Part shown: in pieces, positions 1-9,601 of the stretch
Layout: the number at the start of each line of letters is the position of its first letter
Position numbering within the stretch: position 1 is the first letter of the stretch
Origin: Candidatus Handelsmanbacteria bacterium
Lineage (GTDB): Bacteria > Latescibacterota > UBA2968 > UBA8231
Reading direction: 5' to 3'
Assembly: GCA_016867395.1 (NCBI GenBank)
Contig: VGJS01000004.1
Location: 80,966-112,965, forward strand
Length of the DNA: 32,000 nucleotides
Made by a program: the position numbers and the translations under genes
The notes under the pieces: model-generated
Seen by the model: only the letters and a program-made list of their open reading frames with translations
Told to the model about the DNA's origin: nothing
Database searches by the model: none

Positions 1-582
1 GCGCCGACGGCCCGCAGCGCTGACGATGCCGGTGGTGACCGAGTGCTCGAAGCCGAAGGGATTGCCGATGGCCATCACCCATTCGCCCACCCGCAGCCGA
101 TCCGAATTGCCCATAATCAGCGCCGGCAGGGTCTGGGCCTCCACCTTGAGCACCGCCACGTCGCTCAAGGAATCGGTACCTACCACCTCGGCCGCAAAAT
201 TCCGGCCATCCACCAGTTTCACCTCCAACTCGTCGGCCCCGCGCACCACGTGGTAGTTGGTGAGGATATAGTACTTGCCCTTGTAGTTGACGATCACTCC
301 CGAGCCCTGGCCTTCGCCGGGGGGGTTGGGGCCGAAGCGGCGAGGGTTGGGGAGAAAATCCTCGAAGGGCGTGCCTTCAAAGGGATTGGGACCCCGCTCG
401 GACTCGTCGCTGTCTGGGTTCTTCCAACTCTCGATGGCCACCACCCCCGTGGTCACGGTAGAGGCCACCAGGGCAAAACCATCGCTGAACTGCTGCAACT
501 GGGCCAGGTTCTCTTCGACTGTGGCATGGGCCGCCCCGCTCAGGGCCAGACTGGCTGCCAGAAGTACTGCTGATATCCGCAT
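1..582 (-). CDS. HtrA/DegP-family serine protease, N-terminal part (3' end runs off the window)
   Basis: Absent from the ORF track because no stop lies in the window. My reverse-complement translation from the ATG at 582..580 reads MRISAVLLAASLALSGAAHA (signal peptide) ... GSGVIVNYKGKYYILTNYHVVRGADELEVKLVDGRNFAAEVVGTDSLSDVAVLKVEA ... MGNSDRLRVGEWVMAIGNPFGFEHSVTTGIVSA. It shows the catalytic His (TNYHVV) and Asp (DVAVLK) contexts of trypsin-like HtrA proteases. AGGAG lies about 9 nt upstream of the ATG. Confidence 0.85.
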   Translation of the reverse strand, partial: MRISAVLLAASLALSGAAHATVEENLAQLQQFSDGFALVASTVTTGVVAIESWKNPDSDESERGPNPFEGTPFEDFLPNPRRFGPNPPGEGQGSGVIVNYKGKYYILTNYHVVRGADELEVKLVDGRNFAAEVVGTDSLSDVAVLKVEAQTLPALIMGNSDRLRVGEWVMAIGNPFGFEHSVTTGIVSAAGRRR

Positions 583-641
583 TCTATTCCACTCCTAATG
601 GTTTGTAGGTAGGTGCATTATACAAGACGAAAAGTCCGTAC

Positions 642-3251
642 TCAGGTTCCCGGGTTCTCGTGATGCACCGCCAGTTCCCCGCCCTCCAGGTCGACGACGA
701 TCTTCGCCCCGTCCTCGATCTGGCCGGCCACCAGGGCCCGGCCCAGGCGGGTCTCCAGCTCGCGCTGCAGGAAGCGTTTTAGGGGCCGGGCCCCGTACAC
801 CGGGTCAAAGCCCTCACGGGCGATGAAAGCCCGCGCCGGCTCCCGCAATTCCAGGCTTAGACGCCGGTCGCGCAGCCGCCGGCGCAGGTCCTCGATCAAC
901 AGATCCACGATCCGCTCGGTCTCCTCCAGTTTGAGCGGCCTGAAGAGCACGATCTCGTCCACCCGGTTCAAAAACTCCGGGCGGAAGTGGTTGCGCAACT
1001 CCCGCATCACCTGCTCGCGCGCCCCAGGGTGGATCTCACCCTGGTCGTCCACCCCCTCGACCAGATGGGGTGAGCCGATGTTGGATGTCATGATCACCAC
1101 CGTGTTCTTGAAGTCCACGGTGCGGCCCTGGGCGTCGGTGAGCCGGCCGTCGTCGAGCAGTTGCAAGAGGGCGTTGAACACCTCGGGATGGGCCTTCTCG
1201 ATCTCGTCGAAGAGCACCACCGCGTAGGGTTTGCGCCGAACCGCCTCGGTCAACTGGCCGCCCTCCTCATAGCCCACGTATCCGGGGGGCGCGCCAATCA
1301 GCCGCGAGACCGTGTGTTTCTCCATGTACTCGCTCATGTCTATGCGCACTACGTTCTCTTCCGAGTCGAAGAGGGCCTGGGCCAGGGTCTTGGCCAGCTC
1401 GGTCTTGCCCACCCCGGTGGGACCGAGAAAAATGAACGAACCAATGGGCCGGCGCGGGTCCTTGATCCCGGCCCGGGCCCGGATCACCGCGTCGGCCACC
1501 AGGCGCACGGCCTCCTCCTGGCCGATCACCCGCTGGTGCAGGATCTGGTCGAGGCGCAGGAGCTTCTCCCGCTCCCCCTCCACCAGCCGGCTCACCGGGA
1601 TGCCGGTCCAGCGCGAAACGATCTGGGCCACTTCCTCCTCGGTGACCTCCTCGCGCAGCAGGCGTTTGCCTCCCTGACCGCCACTGAGCTGCTCCTCGGC
1701 CTGGCGCAACCGCCGCTCCAACTCGGGTATCTTCCCGTGCCGCAGTTCGGCGGCGCGGTTCAGGTCGTAGCGGCGCTGGGCCTCCTCGGCCTGGTGCCGC
1801 CCCTGTTCCAATTCCTCGCGCAGACTCCGCACCTGGGCGATGGCCCCCTTCTCGTTCTCCCACTGGGCCCGCAGGGAGGCGGCCTGGCCCTTGAGTTCGG
1901 CCAGTTCACGGCGCAGGTCCTCCAGGCGGTCCTGGCTGGGTTTGTCCTGCTCCTTCTGGAGGGCGGCCTCCTCGATCTTCAGTTGCATCACCCGCCGGGT
2001 CAGGTCGTCCAACTCAGCGGGCATGGAGTCGATCTCGGTGCGGATTAGGGCACAGGCCTCGTCCACCAGGTCGATGGCCTTGTCGGGCAGGAAGCGGTCG
2101 GCGATGTAGCGGTTGGACAGCACCGCGGCCCCTACCAGGGCGTTGTCCTGGATGCGCACCCCGTGGTGCACCTCGAAGCGCTCGCGCAGGCCGCGCAGGA
2201 TGGAGATGGTGTCCTCCACCGAGGGAGCCTCCACCAGCACCGGCTGGAAGCGCCGCTCCAGAGCCGCGTCCTTCTCGACGTGTTTGCGGTACTCGTCGAG
2301 GGTGGTGGCCCCGATGCAGTGCAGCTCGCCCCTGGCCAGCATGGGCTTGAGCATGTTGCCCGCGTCGGTGGAGCCCTCGGTGCGGCCGGCCCCAACTATG
2401 GTGTGTAACTCGTCGATGAAGAGCAGCACCCGGCCCTCGCTCTCTTTGATCTCTTTGAGCACGGCCTTGAGCCGCTCCTCGAACTCGCCCCGGTACTTGG
2501 CCCCGGCCATCAGCGCCCCCAGGTCCAGCGAGAAGAGCGACCGGTCCTTGAGCCATTCGGGTACGTCGCCCCGCACGATGCGCTGGGCCAGCCCCTCGGC
2601 GATGGCGGTCTTGCCCACCCCCGGCTCGCCGATGAGCACCGGGTTGTTCTTGGTCTTGCGCGAGAGGATGCGGATGACCCGGCGGATCTCCCCGTCGCGG
2701 CCGATCACCGGGTCTAGCTTGTTGGCGCGGGCCAGGGCCACCAGCTCCACCCCGTACTTCTCCAGGGCCTCGTACCCCCCCTCCGGGTTGGCGCTGGTCA
2801 CCCGCTGCTTGCCCCGCACCGCCATCAGGGCGCTGAGGAAGCGGTCGCGCTTGACCCCGAACTGGGCGAAGATACGGCCGGCCTCCGTGCCCCCACCCTC
2901 GGCGATGATCGCCAGGACCAGATGCTCCACCGAGACGTATTCGTCCTTGAGCCCATGGGCCTCCCCTTCGGCTTTGACCAGAACTTCCTGCAGCCGGCGG
3001 CTCGTATAGAGTTGTGCGCCAGGCCCCGAAACCTTGGGCCGCTTGCCCAGGGCCTTACCCACCTCGCTTTGAAAAGCCGCGACCGGCACCTCCAGCCGCT
3101 GCATGAGGCGCGGCAGCAGCCCCCCCTCCTGTTCGAGGAGCACCGCCAGCAGGTGTTCGCCGTCCACCTGCTCGTGCCCGCGCCGCAGGGCCAGGGACTG
3201 GGCTTCCTGAAGGGCTTCCTGGGATCTCTGGGTGAATTTGTTAAGGTTCAT
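642..3251 (-). CDS. clpB: ATP-dependent chaperone/disaggregase ClpB
   Basis: 869-aa ORF with a Clp N-domain and two AAA+ modules. Walker A motifs [10 protein letters not shown] and [10 protein letters not shown] are present, along with a long coiled-coil middle domain and [14 protein letters not shown] near the C-terminus. Confidence 0.97.
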   Translation of the reverse strand: MNLNKFTQRSQEALQEAQSLALRRGHEQVDGEHLLAVLLEQEGGLLPRLMQRLEVPVAAFQSEVGKALGKRPKVSGPGAQLYTSRRLQEVLVKAEGEAHGLKDEYVSVEHLVLAIIAEGGGTEAGRIFAQFGVKRDRFLSALMAVRGKQRVTSANPEGGYEALEKYGVELVALARANKLDPVIGRDGEIRRVIRILSRKTKNNPVLIGEPGVGKTAIAEGLAQRIVRGDVPEWLKDRSLFSLDLGALMAGAKYRGEFEERLKAVLKEIKESEGRVLLFIDELHTIVGAGRTEGSTDAGNMLKPMLARGELHCIGATTLDEYRKHVEKDAALERRFQPVLVEAPSVEDTISILRGLRERFEVHHGVRIQDNALVGAAVLSNRYIADRFLPDKAIDLVDEACALIRTEIDSMPAELDDLTRRVMQLKIEEAALQKEQDKPSQDRLEDLRRELAELKGQAASLRAQWENEKGAIAQVRSLREELEQGRHQAEEAQRRYDLNRAAELRHGKIPELERRLRQAEEQLSGGQGGKRLLREEVTEEEVAQIVSRWTGIPVSRLVEGEREKLLRLDQILHQRVIGQEEAVRLVADAVIRARAGIKDPRRPIGSFIFLGPTGVGKTELAKTLAQALFDSEENVVRIDMSEYMEKHTVSRLIGAPPGYVGYEEGGQLTEAVRRKPYAVVLFDEIEKAHPEVFNALLQLLDDGRLTDAQGRTVDFKNTVVIMTSNIGSPHLVEGVDDQGEIHPGAREQVMRELRNHFRPEFLNRVDEIVLFRPLKLEETERIVDLLIEDLRRRLRDRRLSLELREPARAFIAREGFDPVYGARPLKRFLQRELETRLGRALVAGQIEDGAKIVVDLEGGELAVHHENPGT

Positions 3252-3368
3252 ATGCGCACCTTATTCGGATGAGAATCAACACTTGAGCCCCCTGCTACGC
3301 AAATCCTGTACCGTTCGCCTTTTTGCCGGAATGGGCACCCCACGCCACCAACCCGCTGCCATTCTGAC

Positions 3369-3401
3369 AAAAAAAGGCGGACCCGCTGCTGCGGACCCGC
3401 C
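3369..3401 (-). terminator. Rho-independent terminator downstream of 3427..4083
   Basis: The minus strand reads GGCGGGUCCGC-AGCA-GCGGGUCCGCC followed by UUUUUUU. This is an 11-bp stem (9 G:C plus 2 G:U pairs), a 4-nt loop and a 7-U tract, about 25 nt after the stop codon. Confidence 0.8.
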
Positions 3402-3426
3402 CTTGCCCGAGGCTGTTGCGCGTTAT

Positions 3427-4083
3427 CTAAATCGCCCCCACCAAGCTTCCCTTCTTCGCCGCGCCCTGCTGCGGCTGGGCTGCGGCCGGTGGCTCGGCCA
3501 GGGCCTTCTTCTCCCGGTCGGCGAAATCGTCGAGGCCCTTCATCACCAGCTCATGGGTCTTGTCTATACCCCCCTGCACCTCCCCCGAGATCTGGCCTAT
3601 ACCTTTGAAAATCTCCCGCGCATCCTCAAAACCCTTCTCCACCGCATCCTTAATCAGGGCCGTGAACTCGTCGATCTGATCGGTGCCCTCCAAGTCAGGG
3701 TTGTCGCTCTTGAAGGCCGCCAGGAAACCCGTGGAAAAATCGACAATGCGCTTGGCCGTGGCCTCCGGCGAGGTGTCCAGGCCGCTCTCCAGCAGGAATT
3801 GGGTATCGATGTCCACCCCGGCCTCGGCAAAAGCCTTGTCGAAGCACTCGGCCAGTGAATTCTTGAGCACCTTCTGGGCGCAGTCCTCGTCGATAAAATT
3901 GCTCAACTGCAGCACGTCGCCCTTGGTGCCAGCCCTCCCCACCCCAGTCAGCAACTGCCCCGCCGGAACCCCCTTGCCCTGGATCACGCCCCGGATCGCC
4001 GTCACCAGGGTCTGCCCGCTCCGGATCCGCTCCACGTCCATATTTTCTGCACCCTGCTTGTTGGCAAAATGGGAGCCGCCCAT
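3427..4083 (-). CDS. Hypothetical protein, resembles DUF5610-type proteins
   Basis: 218-aa ORF with protein-like composition. The segment SPEATAKRIVDFSTGFLAAF...VEKGFEDAREIFKGIGQISGEVQGGIDKTHELVMKGL matches my memory of the DUF5610 pattern. The start is uncertain: the internal ATG at 4041 (MDVERIR) is an alternative. It has its own terminator. Confidence 0.6.
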   Translation of the reverse strand: MGGSHFANKQGAENMDVERIRSGQTLVTAIRGVIQGKGVPAGQLLTGVGRAGTKGDVLQLSNFIDEDCAQKVLKNSLAECFDKAFAEAGVDIDTQFLLESGLDTSPEATAKRIVDFSTGFLAAFKSDNPDLEGTDQIDEFTALIKDAVEKGFEDAREIFKGIGQISGEVQGGIDKTHELVMKGLDDFADREKKALAEPPAAAQPQQGAAKKGSLVGAI

Positions 4084-4208
4084 TCACAGTTATCGGCGGG
4101 CACTTCATTTTCTGGAGGGTTTTTCTGCCGCCGCCGGCACCTTGCCCGACCTCGCCCGGCTAGGTATCGTTTATACCCATCGCCCCTAAACACTTTGAGG
4201 AGCAGCAG

Positions 4209-5606
4209 ATGCAGCTCAGATTCTGCGGTGGAGCCCGCACCGTCACCGGGTCCCAGCACCTGCTTTCGGTCAACGGCAGCCACGTGCTGCTTGAATGCGG
4301 CCTTTTCCAGGGCCGCCGCGCCGAGGCGTACGAGCGGAACCAGCAGTTTGCCTACGACCCGGCCAGACTCGACGCGGTGCTGCTCTCCCACGCCCATATC
4401 GACCACAGCGGCAACCTGCCCAGCCTGGCGGCCCGGGAATTCCGGGGCCCCATCTACGCCACCGCGGCCACCGCGGGCCTGTGCCAACTGATGCTGCGGG
4501 ACTCGGCCTATCTGCAGGAACGGGACATCGAGTGGGTCAACAAGATCCGCCGCCGCCGGGGCGAGCCCCTGGCCCAGCCCCTGTACAGCATCGAGGACGC
4601 CGAGGCGGCCCTGCGCTGTTTCGTCGGGCTCCAGTATGACCAGCCCCAGCAGGTGGCCCCCGGGGTGGAGGCCACCTTCCGCGACGCCGGCCACATCCTC
4701 GGCTCGGCCGGCATCTTGCTCCAGATCGAGAGCAAGGGGGGGAAGCTGCGCCTGGGGTTCAGCGGCGACATCGGCCGGCCCGGCATGCCGGTGCTGCGCG
4801 ACCCCCAGCCCTTGCAGGATCTGGACGCGCTGATCATGGAATGCACCTACGGCAGCCGGCTGCACAGCCCCCCCGGCGACGCGGCCGAGGACCTGGCCCA
4901 GGCCATCCGCGACACCGCCGCCGCAGGGGGCCGCGTCATCATCCCCGCCTTTGCCGTGGGCCGCACCCAGTCCCTGGTCTACGAGTTGCACAAACTCTTC
5001 GACCAGGACCGCATCCCCGACGTCCCCATCTTCGTCGACAGCCCCCTGGCCACCAACGCCACCGAGGTCTTCCGGCTCCACCCCGAGTGCTTTGACCGGG
5101 AAACCTACCGCCTATTCCTGCAGGACCAGCGCGATCCCTTTGGCTTCGACCGGCTCCAGTACGTGCGCACCGTGGAGGAGTCCAAGAAACTCAACACCCT
5201 CAAGTACCCCCACGTCGTCATCTCCGCCTCGGGCATGGCCGAGGGCGGGCGCATCCTTCACCACCTGAAGAACAACCTCGACGACCACCGGAATCTGGTG
5301 CTGCTGGTGGGATACGCGGCCCAGGACACCCTGGCTCGCCGGCTGATGGAGGGGGAGAAGGTGGTGCGGATCTTCGGGGAGGAGTATCCGGTGCGCTGCA
5401 AGGTGAAGGTCATGGACGCCTTCAGCGCCCACGCCGACCGGCGGGAGTTGCTCGACTACCTGGCCTTCAACAGCCCCGACCGGCTCAAGCGCATCTTCTT
5501 GGTCCACGGCGAGCTGAAGCAGGCCCAGTCCTTCAAGGATGCCCTGCGCAGCCAGGGCTACCCCGAGGTCCACATCCCGGAGCCGGGCGAGGTTTATGCT
5601 TTATGA
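4209..5606 (+). CDS. MBL-fold beta-CASP family metallo-hydrolase (RNA-metabolising RNase J/CPSF-like)
   Basis: 465 aa. It carries HAHIDHSGN (the HxHxDH motif), then beta-CASP-type downstream motifs (ECTYG, SAHAD, LVHGE). GAGGAG RBS lies 6 nt upstream of the ATG. Confidence 0.9.
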   Translation: MQLRFCGGARTVTGSQHLLSVNGSHVLLECGLFQGRRAEAYERNQQFAYDPARLDAVLLSHAHIDHSGNLPSLAAREFRGPIYATAATAGLCQLMLRDSAYLQERDIEWVNKIRRRRGEPLAQPLYSIEDAEAALRCFVGLQYDQPQQVAPGVEATFRDAGHILGSAGILLQIESKGGKLRLGFSGDIGRPGMPVLRDPQPLQDLDALIMECTYGSRLHSPPGDAAEDLAQAIRDTAAAGGRVIIPAFAVGRTQSLVYELHKLFDQDRIPDVPIFVDSPLATNATEVFRLHPECFDRETYRLFLQDQRDPFGFDRLQYVRTVEESKKLNTLKYPHVVISASGMAEGGRILHHLKNNLDDHRNLVLLVGYAAQDTLARRLMEGEKVVRIFGEEYPVRCKVKVMDAFSAHADRRELLDYLAFNSPDRLKRIFLVHGELKQAQSFKDALRSQGYPEVHIPEPGEVYAL

Positions 5607-6492
5607 GAGAAAATCCATGCTCGAATCCATAGCCGAACCCGTAGCATACCTCCAATACCAAGGCCCCATCATGGGCGTGGCCACCCTGACCATCCTCTGG
5701 GTGGCCTACAAACTCTCCAGCCGGGGCCTGGGGCGCTATCTGTCCAGCCGGGGGGAGTACAAGGTCGAGAACGTCCAGCACTTCCTCTTCATCTGGCGCT
5801 ATCTCTGGCTGGGGCTGGGGGCCATCCTGGGAATCATCAGCTTCTCGGGCTCCCTGGCCACCCTTGGGATCTCGGCGGCCTTCCTGGGCATGGTGCTGGG
5901 CTGGTCGCTACAGGCCCCCGTCACTGGCATCGCCGCCTGGCTGATGATCATCCTAAAGCAGCCCTTCAAGATCGGCGACCGGGTGATCATCGCCGGCATC
6001 ATCGGAGACGTGGTGGACATCACCCTCACTCACGTGCTGCTCAACCAGGTGGGCGGGACCATCGGCGGGGAGGAAAAGTCGGGGCGCGGGGTGCTCATCC
6101 CCAACGCCACCCTCTTCCAGCAGATCATCTACAACTACACCCTGGATGGCGGCCCGGAAACCGCCGAGGTAGCCTCCAGCTATATCCTCGACGAGGTGCC
6201 GGTGCGCCTCACCTACGGCTCCGATTTCGACGAGGCCGAGAAGATCCTGATCGGGGCGGCCAGGCAGATCACCGGCGAGATCGTGCGCCATACCGGACAG
6301 GAGCCCTTCGTGCGCGCCGAACTCTTCGAGTCGGGCATCCTCCTGCGCCTGCGCTACCAGACCTTGGGCAAGGAAAGGCAGCGCATCTCCAGCGACATCG
6401 TCCGGGTGATCATCCGCGAGTTCGGCCGCACCAGCAAGGTGAACTTCTGCTACCCGCACATGGACATCTACTACACCCCCAGACAGAAGTAA
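5596..6492 (+). CDS. Mechanosensitive ion channel (MscS family)
   Basis: TM helices are followed by KQPFKIGDRVIIAGIIGDVVDITLTHVLLNQ, the typical MscS beta-domain signature. The track ORF starts at 5539 inside the upstream gene. Plausible starts are the ATG at 5596 (11-nt overlap) or the ATG at 5617. Confidence 0.85.
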   Translation: MLYERKSMLESIAEPVAYLQYQGPIMGVATLTILWVAYKLSSRGLGRYLSSRGEYKVENVQHFLFIWRYLWLGLGAILGIISFSGSLATLGISAAFLGMVLGWSLQAPVTGIAAWLMIILKQPFKIGDRVIIAGIIGDVVDITLTHVLLNQVGGTIGGEEKSGRGVLIPNATLFQQIIYNYTLDGGPETAEVASSYILDEVPVRLTYGSDFDEAEKILIGAARQITGEIVRHTGQEPFVRAELFESGILLRLRYQTLGKERQRISSDIVRVIIREFGRTSKVNFCYPHMDIYYTPRQK

Positions 6493-6714
6493 TGCCAACT
6501 TTTTTGGGGTTGTAAAAACCCCTAACACGCCCGCTCTTTGATCCCCCCCTTTCCTCCCGTCTTTTTTCACGGCCCATCTGCTTGATCTTCTGCGGGTTGT
6601 AGCAGGAAGCCCGCAGCTCCCCTGCCGCTGGCCCGGCATTTGCTTATAACTCTGAGCGACGCCAAGTGCAGTTCCCTTTACCAGGACGGCCCAAGGCTTC
6701 CAGAGAAAAGCGGC

Positions 6715-7127
6715 ATGCCTGTCATCCTGTTTGTCGACGACAACAAGAACGTCCGCGAATTCTGCCAGCGCGAACTCGGGCGAGAAGGGTACCGGGTGGT
6801 CCCCTGCGAGGATGGGTATAAGACCCTCCACTTCCTGAACCAGGAAACGCCGGACCTGCCATCGTGGACGTGCATATGCCCCGCCTGAACGGCCTTGAAA
6901 CAGCCAGGCTCATGAGGGTGCAGTTCCCCCAGCTGCCGATGATCTTCTACACCCTGCATCGCGAATGTCTCGATGACCTCACCGGCACAGCCGAGGTAGT
7001 GGTGGAAAAAACAGAGGCTCTGAGCGAACTGAAATCACAGGTGGCGCAGGCACTATCAATTCAGTGCACTATGCCGTCGCCCCAGCGAGCGATTGATTCA
7101 ACCTCAAGACCAAAAAGGAGTAACCAC
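6715..7127 (+). pseudogene. Stand-alone REC (CheY-like) response regulator, interrupted by a 1-nt frame change
   Basis: MPVILFVDDNKNVREFCQRELGREGYRVVPCEDGYKTLHFLNQETPDL (frame of 6640..6888) continues as (A)IVDVHMPRLNGLETARLMRVQFPQLPMIFYTLH... in the frame of 6864..7430. One nucleotide appears to be missing at about 6856-6860 (ctg-[g]cc-atc). No in-frame stop separates the second part from the next gene's ATG at 7128, so the true 3' end is unresolved. Confidence 0.75.
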
Positions 7128-8429
7128 ATGCATTTCAGCACTGCCAAAACCGGCCGCTGTCTGGCGATCCTGGTGGTGTTGGTCACCATCGGACTCACCT
7201 CGCCTGCCCAGGCGCAGTTCAGGGACAACGGCACCCCGGGCCTCGGCGCCGGCCTGCACGTGGGCGGCCTGCTGGGCAAGACCGACCTGAGCGACAAACC
7301 TCATGTGCAGGTGTGCAACTACCTCAGCCACGGCCTCACCTCCGCGCTGAGCGCCGAAGTGGGCGCCGGCTATGCCTCCCCCAGGGGCGGCGATTACCGC
7401 ACGCATGGGGGCTGGTGGACCTTCGGCTAGTGGCCACCCCCTTCCGGTTCGCGCGGGTGAGCCCCATCCTCTTTGCCGGTGCCAGGGCCCTGCGCTACGA
7501 CTTGGACCGGATCCCGCGGACCCGCACCGCCGGCGCCAAGTCCATCGATTAGACCGGGGCTGTTCCCGTGGGGGCCGGGTTACAGTTTAAACTGACCGAG
7601 CGGCTCTCGACGGATATGAGCGGCGGCTACACCCACACCTTCAGTAACGTGCTCGACGCCAGCGCCCTGAAGGCGGGCAAGGGCGTGTACTGGAGGGCCA
7701 AGCTAGGCTTTGACCTGGGCCGCCATTCAGATCCGGACCGCGACGGCCTCTACTCTATGGCCGAGAAGCGCCTGGGCACCAACCTCAAGCTCAGTGACAC
7801 CGCCGGGGACGGGGTGAACGACGGCGAAGAGGTAAAAGCACCGGAACAACCCTCTTGCCAGGGACACGGATGGGGATGGGTTGTCCGATGGGGACGAGGT
7901 GAACAAGTACCGGACCAGCCCGTTGCAGGCCGACACCGACGGCGACGGGGTGGCGGACGGCGCCGAGGTGGCCCAGGGCAAGTACCCGCTGGTTGCCGGC
8001 GAGCAGGTGGCCAGGGCCGAGGCACCCGGGGCCGCGTCAGCCTCTTCGGCCCAGCCGGAACACCCTGCGGCACAGGCTTTCCAGGCAGTGTACTTCGATT
8101 TCGACCAGCATGCCTTGCGCGAGAGCCAGAAGATGATGCTGGTGGAACACGCCGAAAGGATCAAAGCGAGCCCCACCTCCAAGCTGATCCTGGAAGGCCA
8201 CTGCGACGAGCGGGGGACCCTCGAGTACGACTTCGCCCTGGGCCAGAAGCGGGCCGACAACGTCACGAACTTTCTGGTGAAGTCCGGGGTTGCCGTAGGG
8301 CAGTTGACAACGGTCAGCGATGGCGAGGAAAAGCCGGCGGACCCCAGCCATACCGAGGCGGCCTGGGCCAAGAACCGGCGGGTCGAACTGGTGCCGGCAG
8401 AGGGAACCCTCCAGGTACTGCAGGAATAA
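7128..8429 (+). pseudogene. OmpA-family outer membrane protein (beta-barrel, thrombospondin type-3 repeats, OmpA/Pal-like C-domain), disrupted
   Basis: AAGGAG RBS then an ATG at 7128. The signal peptide is MHFSTAKTGRCLAILVVLVTIGLTSPAQA. Barrel strands are split between frames at about 7407-7411 (a G5 run). There is an in-frame TAG at 7550..7552 (..AGAKSID*TGAVPVGAGLQFKL..). TSP3 repeats (DTDGDGLSDGDEV, DTDGDGVADGAEV) are reached only after a net +1 frame change at about 7835-7855. The C-terminal OmpA domain reads FDFDQHALRESQ...LEGHCDERGTLEYDFALGQKRADNV...NRRVEL. Confidence 0.8.
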
Positions 8430-8547
8430 CCTGCTCACCTCCAGACCGCGGCGCACCTGTGAAAACCGCGATGACTTTGGGGGAAACCGCAGCGTTGGGG
8501 TGCGCGGCCTCCACTACCGCGCAGACCTCACCGCCTTCCAGGTCCAG

Positions 8548-8590
8548 GCGGCCTGCTCTCCCTCCCTGAGAGCAGGCCGCGTTCTTTTCT
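8548..8590 (+). terminator. Rho-independent terminator after the OmpA-like gene
   Basis: GCGGCCTGCTCTC-cctccct-GAGAGCAGGCCGC forms a perfect 13-bp stem and is followed by the T-rich tract GTTCTTTTCT. Confidence 0.8.
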
Positions 8591-8601
8591 CGGCGAGCTG
8601 C

Positions 8602-9588
8602 TCAGTAAAACAGGGCCCTCAGCCCCAGTGCCAGGGCCCCGCCCAGGACCGCCGTGGCCGGCAGGGTGAGGACCCAGGCGTAGATAATCTTCTTGCCCAC
8701 GCTCCAGCGCACCGACCTGAGCCGGTAGGCGCTGCCCACCCCTAGGATGGAGCCGGTGATGGTGTGGGTGGTGCTGACCGGGACGCCCAGGGCCGCGGTG
8801 GCGGCCAGCACCACCCCGGCGCCGGTCTCGGCGGCAAAGCCCTCGATGGGCCGCAGGTGGGACAGCCTCATGCCCAGGGTGCGGATCACCTTCCAGCCGC
8901 CCACCGCCGTGCCCACCCCCATGACCAGGGCGCACAGGACCATCACCCAGAAGGGCACGACAATGGCCTCGAGCTGCCCGGCGCTGAAGAGGGCCAGGGT
9001 AATCACCCCCATTACCTTCTGGGCGTCGTTCATCCCGTGGGTGAAAGCCATGAAACCGCTGGAGAGCACCTGCAGGGCCGAGAAGGTGCGGCGCACCGCC
9101 CGGGTGCTCATGAAATAGGCGATCCAGTACACCCCTACCAGCAGCAGATAACCCACCAGGAAACCCAGCAGGGGCGAAGCCACCAGGGCGATCAGCACGG
9201 TCTGCAGGCCCTTGGTCTTGACCACCCCGGTGCCAAAGGCCGCCACCGCCGCCCCCACCAGGCTGCCAATCAGCGAGTGGGAGCCGCTGATGGGCAGGCC
9301 CCACAAGGTGCAGGCCGCCACCCAGGTCGAGGCCGCCAGCATCGAGGCCAGCAGGACGTACTCGGTGACTAGCTTCGGATCGACCAGCCCGCCGCCGATG
9401 GTCTTGGCCACCTCGGTGGAAACCATGGCGCCGGCCACGTTGAGCAGGGCGGCGAAGATCACCGCGGTCAGGGGCGTCATCACCCGGGTGGAGATCACCG
9501 TGGCCACCGCGTTGGCGGAGTCGTTCCAGCCGTTGACAAAGTCAAAGACCAGGGCGGCGATGATGATGATGAGGAGGACAGTGGTCAC
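8602..9588 (-). CDS. Inorganic phosphate transporter, PiT (PHO4) family
   Basis: Polytopic membrane protein with FDFVNGWNDSANAVAT and a second GMNDAQK repeat, the two PiT signature motifs. I place the start at the GTG at 9588 (VTTVLLIIII), preceded by GGAGG, rather than at the track start 9651, which overlaps the upstream gene. Confidence 0.9.
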   Translation of the reverse strand: MTTVLLIIIIAALVFDFVNGWNDSANAVATVISTRVMTPLTAVIFAALLNVAGAMVSTEVAKTIGGGLVDPKLVTEYVLLASMLAASTWVAACTLWGLPISGSHSLIGSLVGAAVAAFGTGVVKTKGLQTVLIALVASPLLGFLVGYLLLVGVYWIAYFMSTRAVRRTFSALQVLSSGFMAFTHGMNDAQKVMGVITLALFSAGQLEAIVVPFWVMVLCALVMGVGTAVGGWKVIRTLGMRLSHLRPIEGFAAETGAGVVLAATAALGVPVSTTHTITGSILGVGSAYRLRSVRWSVGKKIIYAWVLTLPATAVLGGALALGLRALFY

Positions 9589-9601
9589 CGGCGCGTCCTC
9601 C

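Noticed and set aside
1161-2048. Long + strand ORFs opposite minus-strand genes. Examples are 1161..2048, 2113..3009, 9212..10165, 16873..18048, 19757..21010 and 21425..22720. The same applies to minus-strand ORFs opposite + genes (4002..5081, 29226..29873) and to 29843..31762.
   Set aside because: Their translations are Arg/Gly/Pro/Ala/His-rich low-complexity strings, typical of antisense or off-frame reading in GC-rich DNA. Each overlaps a gene with unambiguous family motifs.
3252-3368. A CIRCE/HrcA operator or sigma-32 promoter upstream of clpB.
   Set aside because: I could find no TTAGCACTC-N9-GAGTGCTAA-like inverted repeat and no convincing CTTGAAA / CCCCATNT pair by eye.
6504-6531. The hairpin GGGGTT-gtaa-AACCCC after the MscS gene as a rho-independent terminator.
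   Set aside because: The T-run precedes the stem on the + strand rather than following it. The minus-strand version is followed by an A-run. It is therefore not a canonical terminator in either direction and may be a weak structure only.
7550-7552. The in-frame TAG as programmed recoding (for example pyrrolysine or a suppressor).
   Set aside because: No pyl genes or other evidence are present. Other genes here end in TAG as a normal stop, for example reconstructed corA (7313..7552 is part of the same broken gene). The same gene also has frameshifts, so a simple nonsense mutation is more parsimonious.
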